DNA from: Candidatus Chloroploca sp. Khr17 | GTDB taxonomy: Bacteria; Chloroflexota; Chloroflexia; Chloroflexales; Chloroflexaceae | Direction of reading: 5' to 3' | NCBI RefSeq assembly: GCF_004138165.1 | Contig: NZ_RYFF01000020.1 | Span: 33,982-93,567 of the forward strand | DNA length: 59,586 nucleotides | Shown: piece by piece, positions 34,982 to 44,464 of the stretch | Numbering within the stretch: the first letter of the stretch is position 1 | How the letters are laid out: each line of letters opens with the position of its first letter | The notes under the pieces: model-generated | What the model saw: only the letters and a program-made list of their open reading frames with translations | The model's database searches: none | Told to the model about the DNA's origin: nothing | Position numbers and translations under genes: made by a program

Positions 34982-35455
34982 TTATCCCGATGATCTTCTA
35001 TAAGGGGCGCAGTGCCTGGACGTATTCGCTGCAGTGACCGCCAGCGTCATGCCGATCAAACCAGCGGCGAGCAGCATCGCCGCTGGTTCCGGCAAAAAGA
35101 TCCAGGGGATCCCGCTCGCTGACAAGAAAAAGACCAGGATGAGCGGGATGCTGAGGATCACCAGGGCTGCAAAGGCGATCAACGCGATGGTCGCCAGGCT
35201 GTAGAGCGTTGGATCAACCGTTGCAATGACCAGCGCCGAACGCCATTGCGCACGCGAGGAGATATAGCTGAAGCCCAGGGCTACCAGGATGACCGCCATG
35301 AAGAGCCCGTGTGCCAGGGCGGTCGGCAAAAGTACCAAAATACCGAGACTTTCGTGGCCTCCGGGTTCGCCATCCGTAGAGAGCCCATAAATGCAATGCC
35401 TAATCCGGGGTGTGGCATCTTTATTGATGATGCCACACCCTCTCTGGATCGTCAT
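34982..35455 (-). CDS. Small hydrophobic membrane protein, hypothetical. The start is uncertain.
   Basis: The ORF has 3-4 hydrophobic helices and no recognisable motifs. Confidence 0.35.
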   Translation of the reverse strand: MTIQRGCGIINKDATPRIRHCIYGLSTDGEPGGHESLGILVLLPTALAHGLFMAVILVALGFSYISSRAQWRSALVIATVDPTLYSLATIALIAFAALVILSIPLILVFFLSASGIPWIFLPEPAAMLLAAGLIGMTLAVTAANTSRHCAPYRRSSG

Positions 35456-35600
35456 CGGCCCATTGCAACAACAAACTAGAGATAAGCTAACGGTAGCGTA
35501 ATGAGGACGTGTGCGTGTCTTTCACCATTCAGCAATCTCATTCGTGATGATCTTCTGCTTGTGGCGGTGGCCGACAACCAGAATTTTCTCTAGTCTCATG

Positions 35601-36896
35601 CTATCGCCAATCGGCGATCATAATAGCGCTACCTCTGGAAGGAATGCCTCCTCCGCCAGCAACTCTTCGGCCATTGCCGTCGAGAACAGTAATAGTCACT
35701 TCTTGACCTACTTGCAAACCACATAAACGAGCATTCCCACCAGTATCAAAGCGACCACTTAGACCAATTCCATCCACCACGAAGTACCAACCTGCAGGAG
35801 TAATACCATTAATTTTAACCGAGATGCAACGAGGATCGTCATTGTAATTCACTACTCTGAACCGAAGCCTCTTAGCTTCAGGTTGAGGTGCTGGTACGGG
35901 TGTTGGTGGAGGTCTGAGACGATCTAAGGCTGCTTGCGCAACTGATGTATTTGAAATAGGGAGAGCGACAGCTTTGGCATAGATGCGTCGAGCATCACTA
36001 AGATTACCTTGCCGTTCGAGTTGTTCGCCATATGCAATGTATGCATCATAGAGCAGAGCATTGCTATCAAGAAAATTCGCTTGTATTGCAGCTAACTCCT
36101 CGAACTTAATTGCTGCATCACGCCATTGACGCTTCTTGTTCAATGCTACTCCATCAAGGTAGAGTACTAAGATTTGCTGCTGAGCAAGAGCCAACTGATG
36201 TGACGGATCAACGGCAAGCGCTGCATTGAATTTATCAAGTGCATCAACTGGCTGCTCTCCCCTAATGAGTTGAATTCCCCAATTGTAGTAGGTAGAACTC
36301 AACTTTTCGGTTACATCTAGATAGTTTCTGTCACTCTGGTAAATGGACTGAAAAGCATCGGCTGCATCACGCCATCGCTCTTTGGTGTAAGCATCGACTC
36401 CTTTCCTATAGTTTAGTGCGTTTACCGTTCGGGTATCTGGGGTTGGAGATCGTGCCGCGATAGAGGTTCTGGACGGAGAAGTTCTGGGTGTAGCTGAGGG
36501 CCTTTGTTGCTCTGGTCTAGAGGTCGGTTGAGTGCGCACCGGTGTAGCGGTATCAGCGCTGGCTACTACTACAGCAGCTGGCTCACGATTAGGCGACTGG
36601 CTAACCTCGGGAGGAGGTGTGCCATTACGCCCAATGATTACACCAATCAGCACCCCCACAATGAGCAAGACACCAACCCCGATTGCGATCACAATTGGTG
36701 GAAAAGTTCGTTGTGCTATGCCTCGTGTAGGCGGTGTTGACCGTTGAACCTGCTTTTCAGGAACATCAATCGGCCCCACCTCTTTCTGCTGGAGATACTG
36801 TTGATACTCTTCATCATTAGCATCGATCTCACCGTGTTTGTTAAATGTGGGCATAAACATCCTCGCCTGGCAAAAACGTGCGGTTAATTCCACCAC
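35601..36896 (-). CDS. Single-pass membrane protein with a Pro/Thr-rich linker and TPR-like repeats. It is the last gene of the minus-strand island.
   Basis: TM segment FPPIVIAIGVGVLLIVGVLIGVIIG, followed by TPR-like helical repeats. GC content is lower than the flanks. Confidence 0.55.
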   Translation of the reverse strand: MVELTARFCQARMFMPTFNKHGEIDANDEEYQQYLQQKEVGPIDVPEKQVQRSTPPTRGIAQRTFPPIVIAIGVGVLLIVGVLIGVIIGRNGTPPPEVSQSPNREPAAVVVASADTATPVRTQPTSRPEQQRPSATPRTSPSRTSIAARSPTPDTRTVNALNYRKGVDAYTKERWRDAADAFQSIYQSDRNYLDVTEKLSSTYYNWGIQLIRGEQPVDALDKFNAALAVDPSHQLALAQQQILVLYLDGVALNKKRQWRDAAIKFEELAAIQANFLDSNALLYDAYIAYGEQLERQGNLSDARRIYAKAVALPISNTSVAQAALDRLRPPPTPVPAPQPEAKRLRFRVVNYNDDPRCISVKINGITPAGWYFVVDGIGLSGRFDTGGNARLCGLQVGQEVTITVLDGNGRRVAGGGGIPSRGSAIMIADWR

Positions 36897-36931
36897 AACT
36901 GACTACAGATAAGAATACATAAGCGTACAAA

Positions 36932-37774
36932 TCAACGTGTTAAAGCGCGTTGAACCATTGCCGAAGGGCGCAGAGCTTGATCACTCTCGAGAAACGCCCG
37001 CGCCATCCGCATGGGTTGGTAGCGGCGCGAACCTACCACCACGACACTATCCTCAAGCGGATCCGCTAGATCCCAACGCCCCAGTCCATGACGTACCAGT
37101 ACCTCGCCGATGTAAGCACCAAATGTACGTACATTGGCTGTAAGCAGATCTTCATCCCGTAGGAATGTACGATGTTCATTGTCTACATTGAACTCGAAAC
37201 GTTCCAGGCTCTCGACGGAGTAGTCGAGAGCAAGATCTTCATAGAGTGCCGTACGAAAACGTTCAGCTAGGGTAGCCGGTTCGAGCTCTTCCGCATCCGT
37301 GTCTTCATCATACGTATCACCATTGAAGGCACGGTAGATGAGCTCAATGGTAGCTTGGAGGTGCGCTATCGTCTGAGTCACTGTTGCGGCCGTGAACGTT
37401 GGTAGTGGACGATCACAGATCAAGCAGAGGTCACGATCATGATCGAAAGATAGACATGCATCCACTAAGTCATTGTTCATTTGGCTCATTATCAATGCAA
37501 GGGGACTGATATCTTCCCCTTCCTCAGCCGCATACAAGGGCGTTATGCAAAAACGCACATACTCATCGCCAAGTGGCCCTATCTGGGGATATGCCATAAG
37601 ACGGAATGTGCCGCTCGTAGTAGGCCCAATCGGACACTCGATGTCGAAATAGATAATAGGTTGATCGCTATCAGGATCTTCAACGTCGTAGACAAGCCCT
37701 GCTGTGGTGAAAGCAGTCGTAAAAGATATAGACACAGGCTTACTCCTATTACGGTATCTGACGAATTTCCACAT
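36932..37774 (-). CDS. Acidic cytoplasmic hypothetical protein of 280 aa.
   Basis: ORF with reasonable codon usage. No recognised motifs. Confidence 0.5.
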   Translation of the reverse strand: MWKFVRYRNRSKPVSISFTTAFTTAGLVYDVEDPDSDQPIIYFDIECPIGPTTSGTFRLMAYPQIGPLGDEYVRFCITPLYAAEEGEDISPLALIMSQMNNDLVDACLSFDHDRDLCLICDRPLPTFTAATVTQTIAHLQATIELIYRAFNGDTYDEDTDAEELEPATLAERFRTALYEDLALDYSVESLERFEFNVDNEHRTFLRDEDLLTANVRTFGAYIGEVLVRHGLGRWDLADPLEDSVVVVGSRRYQPMRMARAFLESDQALRPSAMVQRALTR

Positions 37775-38390
37775 TTTTACGCTTCGCGGCTGTAATACGC
37801 TGCTTGATTATCGCATTTTGTTCAGGTGTGGTGTTCTTTGGCTTTGGAACCGCGACAACAAGATTGCTATTCTTGCTGGATAAAGCGTTTAATTCGGGAT
37901 TTTTATTTGATTTAAACTTCTTGTCCTTATAAGATTTGACTTGTGATATCTTTCTGTTGAGATTTTTTTGATCAACACCAGCGATACCCTTTACCGGTCG
38001 ATAATTTTCAATCAATTCAAATTTAAATTTTTTCGGATCAGTACTCCGCTTTAGCACCCTAAGTGTGTCAACACGTTTTCTATTCTCAAGTGCTACTTCA
38101 GAGAAAACATCTCCGCGCTTAATTTGCTTATAGTTTGGCGGTGTTTTTCCCTGCAAAGTAGTTGCAGACTTCGGTTTGCGATTGTGTAATTTTGCATGGT
38201 AATTTGTGGAGATTTTGTTGAATTTATGTCCATTAGCTGTATTTCGCCGCAGTTGTGTTCGCTTAAGCTCATTTGACGAAGAGACATTGCGTGCGGCAGC
38301 TTTCATTTTTGTTTTGGAGATCGGAACGGAGATGCTACTTCTATTTACTTTGGGTGTGCCATGCGTAGATTTGCTGCCAACTTTTTTCAT
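37749..38390 (-). CDS. Extremely Lys-rich basic low-complexity protein of 213 aa.
   Basis: MKKVGSKSTHGTPKVNRSS... with over 20% Lys. The coding DNA is only about 37-40% GC against the ~62% genome background. Confidence 0.5.
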   Translation of the reverse strand: MKKVGSKSTHGTPKVNRSSISVPISKTKMKAAARNVSSSNELKRTQLRRNTANGHKFNKISTNYHAKLHNRKPKSATTLQGKTPPNYKQIKRGDVFSEVALENRKRVDTLRVLKRSTDPKKFKFELIENYRPVKGIAGVDQKNLNRKISQVKSYKDKKFKSNKNPELNALSSKNSNLVVAVPKPKNTTPEQNAIIKQRITAAKRKNVEIRQIP

Positions 38391-38410
38391 TTCACACCCC
38401 TATACATTCA

Positions 38411-38977
38411 TTACTTCTTACGCACAATCTTTGGTCTGCCCTGGAAACGTCCGAGCCGCCGCGCCTGTTCGATATGCTGTTCGTTGCGCTCTTGCATCTG
38501 TGCAGCTTCAAAATCGCGCAGGATCTCGTCGGGTTTCTGTAGTGGTTCGGCATGGGGCATAAACATGCTGCTGAGTGCTGCCAACCCCACGAGACCATCA
38601 ACTGTCTTCACCGCAGTGTAGGCTTTGGCCTGATTGAACTTGCCTTTGAACCAATTTAGTTTAGATATTTGATTCGGTGTGGGGGATTTTGGCTGATTCG
38701 AGCCACGAACAGTAGGGTGCTGCAGACCTCCTCGCACGTTGCGTGTTGGCAACGTACTGCTTGGCTTCGCCTTAACTTGTTTTAGTGGTGGCGTCCGAAC
38801 CTTTGATGTTGGGTGCTTCGCCAGTTTGCGTGTCGCTTGCTGCAACTTGACTGGTGTAACCCGCTGCCGGGCGGTTGTTGAAGCAACTGGTTGTAGAGCA
38901 CGTACTGGCGGCGTAGGCTTTGGGGTATTGGGGTTGCTCACACCTGCCCCACTTTTAGTACTCCGATTAACCTTCAT
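38411..38977 (-). CDS. Basic Lys/Pro/Thr-rich protein of about 188 aa. It is a probable paralogue of the preceding gene (shared KVNRS N-terminus).
   Basis: Its ATG overlaps the TGA stop of the upstream ATPase gene (ATGA), which indicates translational coupling. Confidence 0.5.
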   Translation of the reverse strand: MKVNRSTKSGAGVSNPNTPKPTPPVRALQPVASTTARQRVTPVKLQQATRKLAKHPTSKVRTPPLKQVKAKPSSTLPTRNVRGGLQHPTVRGSNQPKSPTPNQISKLNWFKGKFNQAKAYTAVKTVDGLVGLAALSSMFMPHAEPLQKPDEILRDFEAAQMQERNEQHIEQARRLGRFQGRPKIVRKK

Positions 38978-41787
38978 GCGCCTGCTCCAATCAACATTTG
39001 CAGCACCTGGGCATCTACGGGTAAGCCCGAGTTGCGCATCCAATCAGCAGCCAAACGCAGGTAGACCCGTCGCACTTCGGCGTAGCGCGGGTGCGCACCA
39101 AATCGTGCCGTACAGATCTGCTCAATCTGGGTATGGTCCAGGGCACGATCTCCATAGCCCCCCAGAACATCTTCAATCGTTTCAGGCAAGCTATACCCAT
39201 CTTGTGCAAGCACCCACTTAGCTGCGGCATGGGGATCGTCCGGTAGGATGCTAACGGTCTGCACTTGGTTTGGCATCGGTGGCTGCCAGAGCGCCGCTGG
39301 CGGCATCTGCAACGGGCGGCGGGCCATCATCGCCTTCACGGCCTCATCGGAGTCATCAAAGATCGGGCGATCATCGGGCGTCTGAAAACGATCCAGGTAG
39401 TTGCCAACCTGCACGAAGATCGGGCGACTATCGGGGCCTCGTACAATCACTTGGCCCTGCCCGAGTGAGCGTACGTATTCGCGCTGACGCTCATTCAGGT
39501 TCATCACCTCACAGAAGAGCTTAAAGCTCTCCTGATCTTCGAGCCGATGCATGATTTTGAGGTTCGTATTGCCTAGCGCACCATTGACCAGTTGGGTTGG
39601 GATCTGCTCAGCGATCAAGATCCCTTCCCCAAACCCGCGCACCTCAGCCAAAATATTGGCGAAATCCTCTCCACCACGACTCCGTGCGTCAGCAAGATCT
39701 TCGCTACCCTTGTGTCCAGCCGACATAAGCCGATGGGCTTCTTCGATCAGAGTCATGTGCAGTTGTTTGCCGCGTTGTTCGGGTGGGAGGCGTTTGTAGC
39801 GGCTCTGCAATTCTTGGGTCAGTTGTACCAACAAAAAGGCCATAATCAGGGCGCTATCTTCGGGGGAGCCAACCCTTCCTAATTCCATGACGGTTGGCCG
39901 TGAGAGCACTACACTGAGCGGGGCTGGAGCCGTGGTATTGACAATTGTCCCTGCATTGAGCAGAAGATCACGCATGCGAATTTCGGCTGATTGGCGTACC
40001 CGGTCTTTGGCCTCCTCATCAAAGCCCGCCGTCATCAACTCGCTCACCGCAACGAGCGTCGTGTAGAACGCAGCCAAGGTGGGGGTGCCTACCCCCGGAT
40101 CGCCCCCCTTGCCCTGTTCGAGATTCCAACCTGCATCGGTATAGACCTGACGCAGGGCTGCGCGATAAATCGCTGGCAGAGGATCCCACATCGAGAAGGC
40201 GGCCATAAAACAGCGCATCAACAAACTGAGATGGGTCTTAAGCAAGATCCCCTCTGCCACGTAGAAGGGGTTGAAGCGGAAAGGCGTGGTGGTTTCATCA
40301 CCCAGCGTAAAAATTAGCAGATCGTCGGCCATTTGTGGGTCGGCCATGAGTAGCCGATAGTCCGGTTTGTCAATTGGGTACATCACCAGGAATGGTACCT
40401 GGTGGTCGGCCCAAAGTTGGGCCAGCATGTGCAGGCATGTGTTAGTTTTACCGCTTCCCGTAGCCCCTGCGATGAGACCGTGGCGGTTAAGGTCACGGAT
40501 CGGAATTTGCATATACTGGCCAGTACGCGTGCCACGATGGATGATCTCACCGAGGTTCAAACAGGGCACGTTGGTGAGCAGGCGATCGGTTGGCAAAACG
40601 AATGGCTCGTCGCGTACCTCAAGCCCGGGTAGATAACCACTCTCGGGGGGGATCGGCAGACGGAAGGCCCCCGCCGCTTGGTCGGTACTGACGAGATAGC
40701 GCAAGCGTACTGTCGCCTGATCAACGCGTGTTGGCCCCCAGGCTCCGTACTCAAGAAACGCAAAGTTATAACGTGCAATCGCCAGATCTTGATCATCCTT
40801 AGGGCTTTCGCTGGCCCATTGACGTGGCTCCGGCGTATTGTTTTGAATCAACTCGGAACCCAGCGCTTCCATTACATCATTAGGTGCATAATCCGATCCT
40901 ATCACTTGGATTTTTATGCGGAATAAATGATTTCTTTTGTTGATCAGAGGCATAAAGGTACGGGAAATATCATCAAAGCGTTCACGGCGATACAAATCAA
41001 ACCATGATTTGGACTCAACTTCTGCTGTGAGATTGCGATAACGTGAGAGCAGTAAGTTAATCTGGAGTAGCTCTTCGTGGAAGAGCACTGTTGGTCGCAA
41101 GCAGATGCTTGCGACACAGGTTTGCTCTTGTTGCACCAGCGTTTCTAAGAAGCGGCCAAAAGCAGAAGCATCAAAAACTGGACTAAAGGGATGTGGGAAG
41201 TAGCCAATGGCATCAGTACCTGCGTATGGATCAAAATCCTCAAACTTGCGAATCTCGACCAATTGGTTCATGCCTACCTGTTCAATGGGAATAGGTAACA
41301 TTGAACGCATGAAGTCGTCTTCGCCTAACGGCTCTAATGGGTAGTTGAAAGGATCTTCGAGAGGGTAGTGACTACGAAACTTGCACCAGAGCTGCCAGCA
41401 CAGATTTTTGGCGCGATTGCGGTTGGGATGGAAAGCCTTGCCAAGAAAGACAATCTCAATGGTTGGGCGATGTCCTGTCACTTGACTTGGTCGAGCAATA
41501 AACCGCAGATCGAAGGCGGCACTACCCTCGGCAATCATCCGAGCGTTGATCAAATCATTCAGGAAGCGGATTTGACGCAGCGTAATCAACCGAATACGAC
41601 TCAGTTCACCTCCACTGAGCGTACGCGTGAAATCGCTGGTTAAAAAACTAGGAATGAACGGCACCCGTGCTGCAAAGATAGCGTGCGCCCCCTGCTGGCG
41701 AGTGACTTGCACCCCACTACCCCCCCAACTCTCGGCATAGTGGAACTCATCGGGATTGCTGACGTAGATGAACGGCTCTTGCAACAT
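38974..41787 (-). CDS. HerA/FtsK-superfamily (DUF87/AAA_10-type) P-loop ATPase of 937 aa with a large N-terminal extension.
   Basis: Walker A GATGSGKTNT; Walker B plus EAH block HMTLIEEAHRL; sensor KIMHRL. AGGAAGG Shine-Dalgarno sequence upstream. Confidence 0.75.
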   Translation of the reverse strand: MLQEPFIYVSNPDEFHYAESWGGSGVQVTRQQGAHAIFAARVPFIPSFLTSDFTRTLSGGELSRIRLITLRQIRFLNDLINARMIAEGSAAFDLRFIARPSQVTGHRPTIEIVFLGKAFHPNRNRAKNLCWQLWCKFRSHYPLEDPFNYPLEPLGEDDFMRSMLPIPIEQVGMNQLVEIRKFEDFDPYAGTDAIGYFPHPFSPVFDASAFGRFLETLVQQEQTCVASICLRPTVLFHEELLQINLLLSRYRNLTAEVESKSWFDLYRRERFDDISRTFMPLINKRNHLFRIKIQVIGSDYAPNDVMEALGSELIQNNTPEPRQWASESPKDDQDLAIARYNFAFLEYGAWGPTRVDQATVRLRYLVSTDQAAGAFRLPIPPESGYLPGLEVRDEPFVLPTDRLLTNVPCLNLGEIIHRGTRTGQYMQIPIRDLNRHGLIAGATGSGKTNTCLHMLAQLWADHQVPFLVMYPIDKPDYRLLMADPQMADDLLIFTLGDETTTPFRFNPFYVAEGILLKTHLSLLMRCFMAAFSMWDPLPAIYRAALRQVYTDAGWNLEQGKGGDPGVGTPTLAAFYTTLVAVSELMTAGFDEEAKDRVRQSAEIRMRDLLLNAGTIVNTTAPAPLSVVLSRPTVMELGRVGSPEDSALIMAFLLVQLTQELQSRYKRLPPEQRGKQLHMTLIEEAHRLMSAGHKGSEDLADARSRGGEDFANILAEVRGFGEGILIAEQIPTQLVNGALGNTNLKIMHRLEDQESFKLFCEVMNLNERQREYVRSLGQGQVIVRGPDSRPIFVQVGNYLDRFQTPDDRPIFDDSDEAVKAMMARRPLQMPPAALWQPPMPNQVQTVSILPDDPHAAAKWVLAQDGYSLPETIEDVLGGYGDRALDHTQIEQICTARFGAHPRYAEVRRVYLRLAADWMRNSGLPVDAQVLQMLIGAGA

Positions 41788-41806
41788 ACGGGTGCCTTCC
41801 TGATCA

Positions 41807-43195
41807 CTAAGCGTAAGCGGTCATAACGGCTTCGACCAGCACAAGTAGATCGCACTGGGGCGTCCAGTTAGCGAGCGGTTCAGGCATGAAGCGCTGCTCT
41901 TGTCCATCGAACTCTACAAACATAGTTGGAGCCTCTTGGGGATACCGAGCCGTACAACTAAAATAGATGCCGAGGGTGTGCCCAAGCTGATCACGCAGGC
42001 TGACACTGACCAGGAAGACGTTCGCATCTTCGTGTAGGGCGGCGTTTAGTCCCTGTGCTAGCATTGCGCCTATCTCGTTGCGCAGGCGTTCGCCAGCACC
42101 TGCGCCGCTGAAGCGTGCGACGGGTGACGGTAAAGCGGGAACAGTCACACCATACATCCCTCCGAGAGTAGCTGTAGGTGGGGCTACGGCCTGTCCGGTG
42201 AGCGCCCCAAGCAACACCTGTTGAAGGTCATTGCTACCTGCCGCCGATGTCCCCATCGGCAGCATCCCCGCCTTCGCCATCTCGGTCAGGGCCAGTAAGC
42301 GTTGTCCATCTGTTTGCGCTTTATCACCAAAGACACGCGTGTACATGTCTGGATTGGTCAGCAAGAGATATTGCGGTGTCAATTCAATCATGCGCGAGAT
42401 ATTCATCTGTGTGAGCGCCTGTGCCATCGCAATCTCGGCCTGCGAGTTCGCCTGGATCTTCGCGACCTCGGCATCAGTTTGCGCCTCGCGGGTACGCATA
42501 TAAACGTCACGTAATTTCTTGTCCAGTTCTTCAGCACCCGCAATACGCGTGATCTGGACGTTCGAGACTCGTATTCCCAAGTTGTCTTCAATGCCGCGTT
42601 GCTGCAATTGCTGTGCAACCATGTAACCTGCATGACCGCCCGCCTGGAAATCCTGGTATTTAGCAATTGATGCAGTGATCGAACGAATTGATTCCATCAC
42701 CGTATCATAGAGCCTCGTGAGCGGCTGTTCGACGACAAGCGCAACGTGTTCAGGATGAATTATCTGATAACTGACTGCAACATCGAGATCAACTGGCAAT
42801 GCAATCTTCTCACCCTGGGGCGGCTGATAGAAAATCGTAAACTCCTTCGTCGTTGTTATATCCAGCGTGCGCTCACGCGTATTGACCACGTAGAGATCAA
42901 TGCGATTCATCACGGGAAACGAGAGCGCGTGATAACTCCCTTCTTGCAGCACTTCGAGCACTCTGCCATCCCCGGTCACAACGACGGTAGTGCCAGCCAT
43001 AACCCGAAAGATACGAAAGATACTGGTGAAGACATTGTTATGAACACGTACTGGACCAAAGACAAGGGGTGAATTACTTAGATCAGCAAACGGTTCACGC
43101 AGGAAGTCATCAAGCGAGCCCTGTCTGCTCGCTGCTTCCTTATCGTTAACGTGACGACGGTTTAGGGGCATGGTCTGGTCACGGTTAGTTCCCAT
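41807..43195 (-). CDS. SPFH/band-7 (stomatin/prohibitin-like) domain protein with a C-terminal UEV/RWD-like (inactive E2) domain.
   Basis: SPFH core VVVTGDGRVLEVLQEGSYH...DLDVAVSYQI plus a coiled-coil segment. C-terminal block GIYFSCTARYPQEAPTMFVEFDG carries the YPxxxP flap and lacks a catalytic Cys. Start placed at the ATG with an AGGAAGGAG Shine-Dalgarno sequence at 43195. Confidence 0.7.
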   Translation of the reverse strand: MGTNRDQTMPLNRRHVNDKEAASRQGSLDDFLREPFADLSNSPLVFGPVRVHNNVFTSIFRIFRVMAGTTVVVTGDGRVLEVLQEGSYHALSFPVMNRIDLYVVNTRERTLDITTTKEFTIFYQPPQGEKIALPVDLDVAVSYQIIHPEHVALVVEQPLTRLYDTVMESIRSITASIAKYQDFQAGGHAGYMVAQQLQQRGIEDNLGIRVSNVQITRIAGAEELDKKLRDVYMRTREAQTDAEVAKIQANSQAEIAMAQALTQMNISRMIELTPQYLLLTNPDMYTRVFGDKAQTDGQRLLALTEMAKAGMLPMGTSAAGSNDLQQVLLGALTGQAVAPPTATLGGMYGVTVPALPSPVARFSGAGAGERLRNEIGAMLAQGLNAALHEDANVFLVSVSLRDQLGHTLGIYFSCTARYPQEAPTMFVEFDGQEQRFMPEPLANWTPQCDLLVLVEAVMTAYA

Positions 43196-43229
43196 ACGAG
43201 CCAACTCCTTCCTGAGGCGCACAAGGTTG

Positions 43230-44453
43230 TTAGGTTTGATTGGGTAATATGCTAAGCTGAATGACCGGAAGATCAGCCAAGATGTCCGAAGCTTCGGCGG
43301 CTGCTTCTTGTTCACTCATCTTGAGGCTTTCGGCTACGAAAGCTGAATAGTTGCACACCGGACATTGAGCATTCTTCGGCACATCAATGAAGAGGCTCTC
43401 TAACGGCTGTTGAAAGATCCACTCCGCACGATTACCGAAGAGGAGCCAGTTCGTCGGCAGATCCGGTAGCGTGTTCTGCTTATCGCGCAGAAGCGTTAGT
43501 AACGCCATACGCGCCATTAACAGCGCAATCATACCCACATCAACCCCTAGACCTGGCTGAGCCAGTAATTCTTCCATACGTGCGGGATCTTCGTAACCCA
43601 GCGAGAAATCCTGTGTAGCGGCAGGGGGAGGGCCAAAAAAATCGGCAATGACGGTCTGAAAACAGGCGTAGCAAGCACCCTCGGAGGGAATTGCACGGAA
43701 GATATCACCCCCAAAGGCGCGATTGTAGGCTGCGGCATAGATAGCCGGGATCCCTCTTGGCCAGCACACGGTATTGACCGCCAACTTTGAGTCTTCATGA
43801 TCAGTAGCGACCACAACCAGATCACACCCGGTAACAATGGTAGCTAGTTGATCCTCATGGCCTAACACGTTCAACTCGTAGGTCTCGACGGTAATTGCGG
43901 GCGAGATGTCGTAGAGCAGATCGCGCAGGGCACGGGTCTTATAGCGCCCGATATCGTGGAGGCCACACGCATGACGTGCAATATTGTGAACTTTGAGCCG
44001 ATCAAAATCCACCAACCGCATCTGCCCTACTCCGCAACGAGCAAGCTGGCTCGCCACCACTGAACCACCTGAGCCGAGGCCAATCACGGCAATGCACGTA
44101 TTGGCGAGGCTGCTCACTTCAAAGATGCCGTGCATACGTGAGGCATAGTCAGTATGCAAACGGATGACGTTGCAGGAAATCGTTTCCCATCCAGTAGCCT
44201 TGCTTTGCCAACCAGCAACCTGATCTGGCAACTCATCGTCAATGTTGAGGACTATTTCTTCCGGGGCCAGTTCTGTTGTTGGCGGTACAGGGCTGCGATA
44301 CCAGCGACCTAGGTACGCACCGGACGCCTCAAGGATTCCCCTGATTTGCACGACATCGCCATCGTCATAACGGTAGCCGTAGAGCTTGCCCTCTGTCTGT
44401 GCAGCAGTACCAAGCAACTGGTTAATCAAGCTATCAGGAACGGTAAGAAACAT
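43230..44453 (-). CDS. E1-like ubiquitin-activating enzyme of the ThiF/MoeB/HesA family, with an N-terminal extension and a C-terminal Cys cluster.
   Basis: VIGLGSGGSVVASQLARCGVGQMRLVDFDRLKVHNIARH (GxGxxG plus a D-x-D ... NxxR block); LVVVATDH; CPVCNYS. Confidence 0.8.
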   Translation of the reverse strand: MFLTVPDSLINQLLGTAAQTEGKLYGYRYDDGDVVQIRGILEASGAYLGRWYRSPVPPTTELAPEEIVLNIDDELPDQVAGWQSKATGWETISCNVIRLHTDYASRMHGIFEVSSLANTCIAVIGLGSGGSVVASQLARCGVGQMRLVDFDRLKVHNIARHACGLHDIGRYKTRALRDLLYDISPAITVETYELNVLGHEDQLATIVTGCDLVVVATDHEDSKLAVNTVCWPRGIPAIYAAAYNRAFGGDIFRAIPSEGACYACFQTVIADFFGPPPAATQDFSLGYEDPARMEELLAQPGLGVDVGMIALLMARMALLTLLRDKQNTLPDLPTNWLLFGNRAEWIFQQPLESLFIDVPKNAQCPVCNYSAFVAESLKMSEQEAAAEASDILADLPVIQLSILPNQT

Positions 44454-44464
44454 CGGCAGACTCC

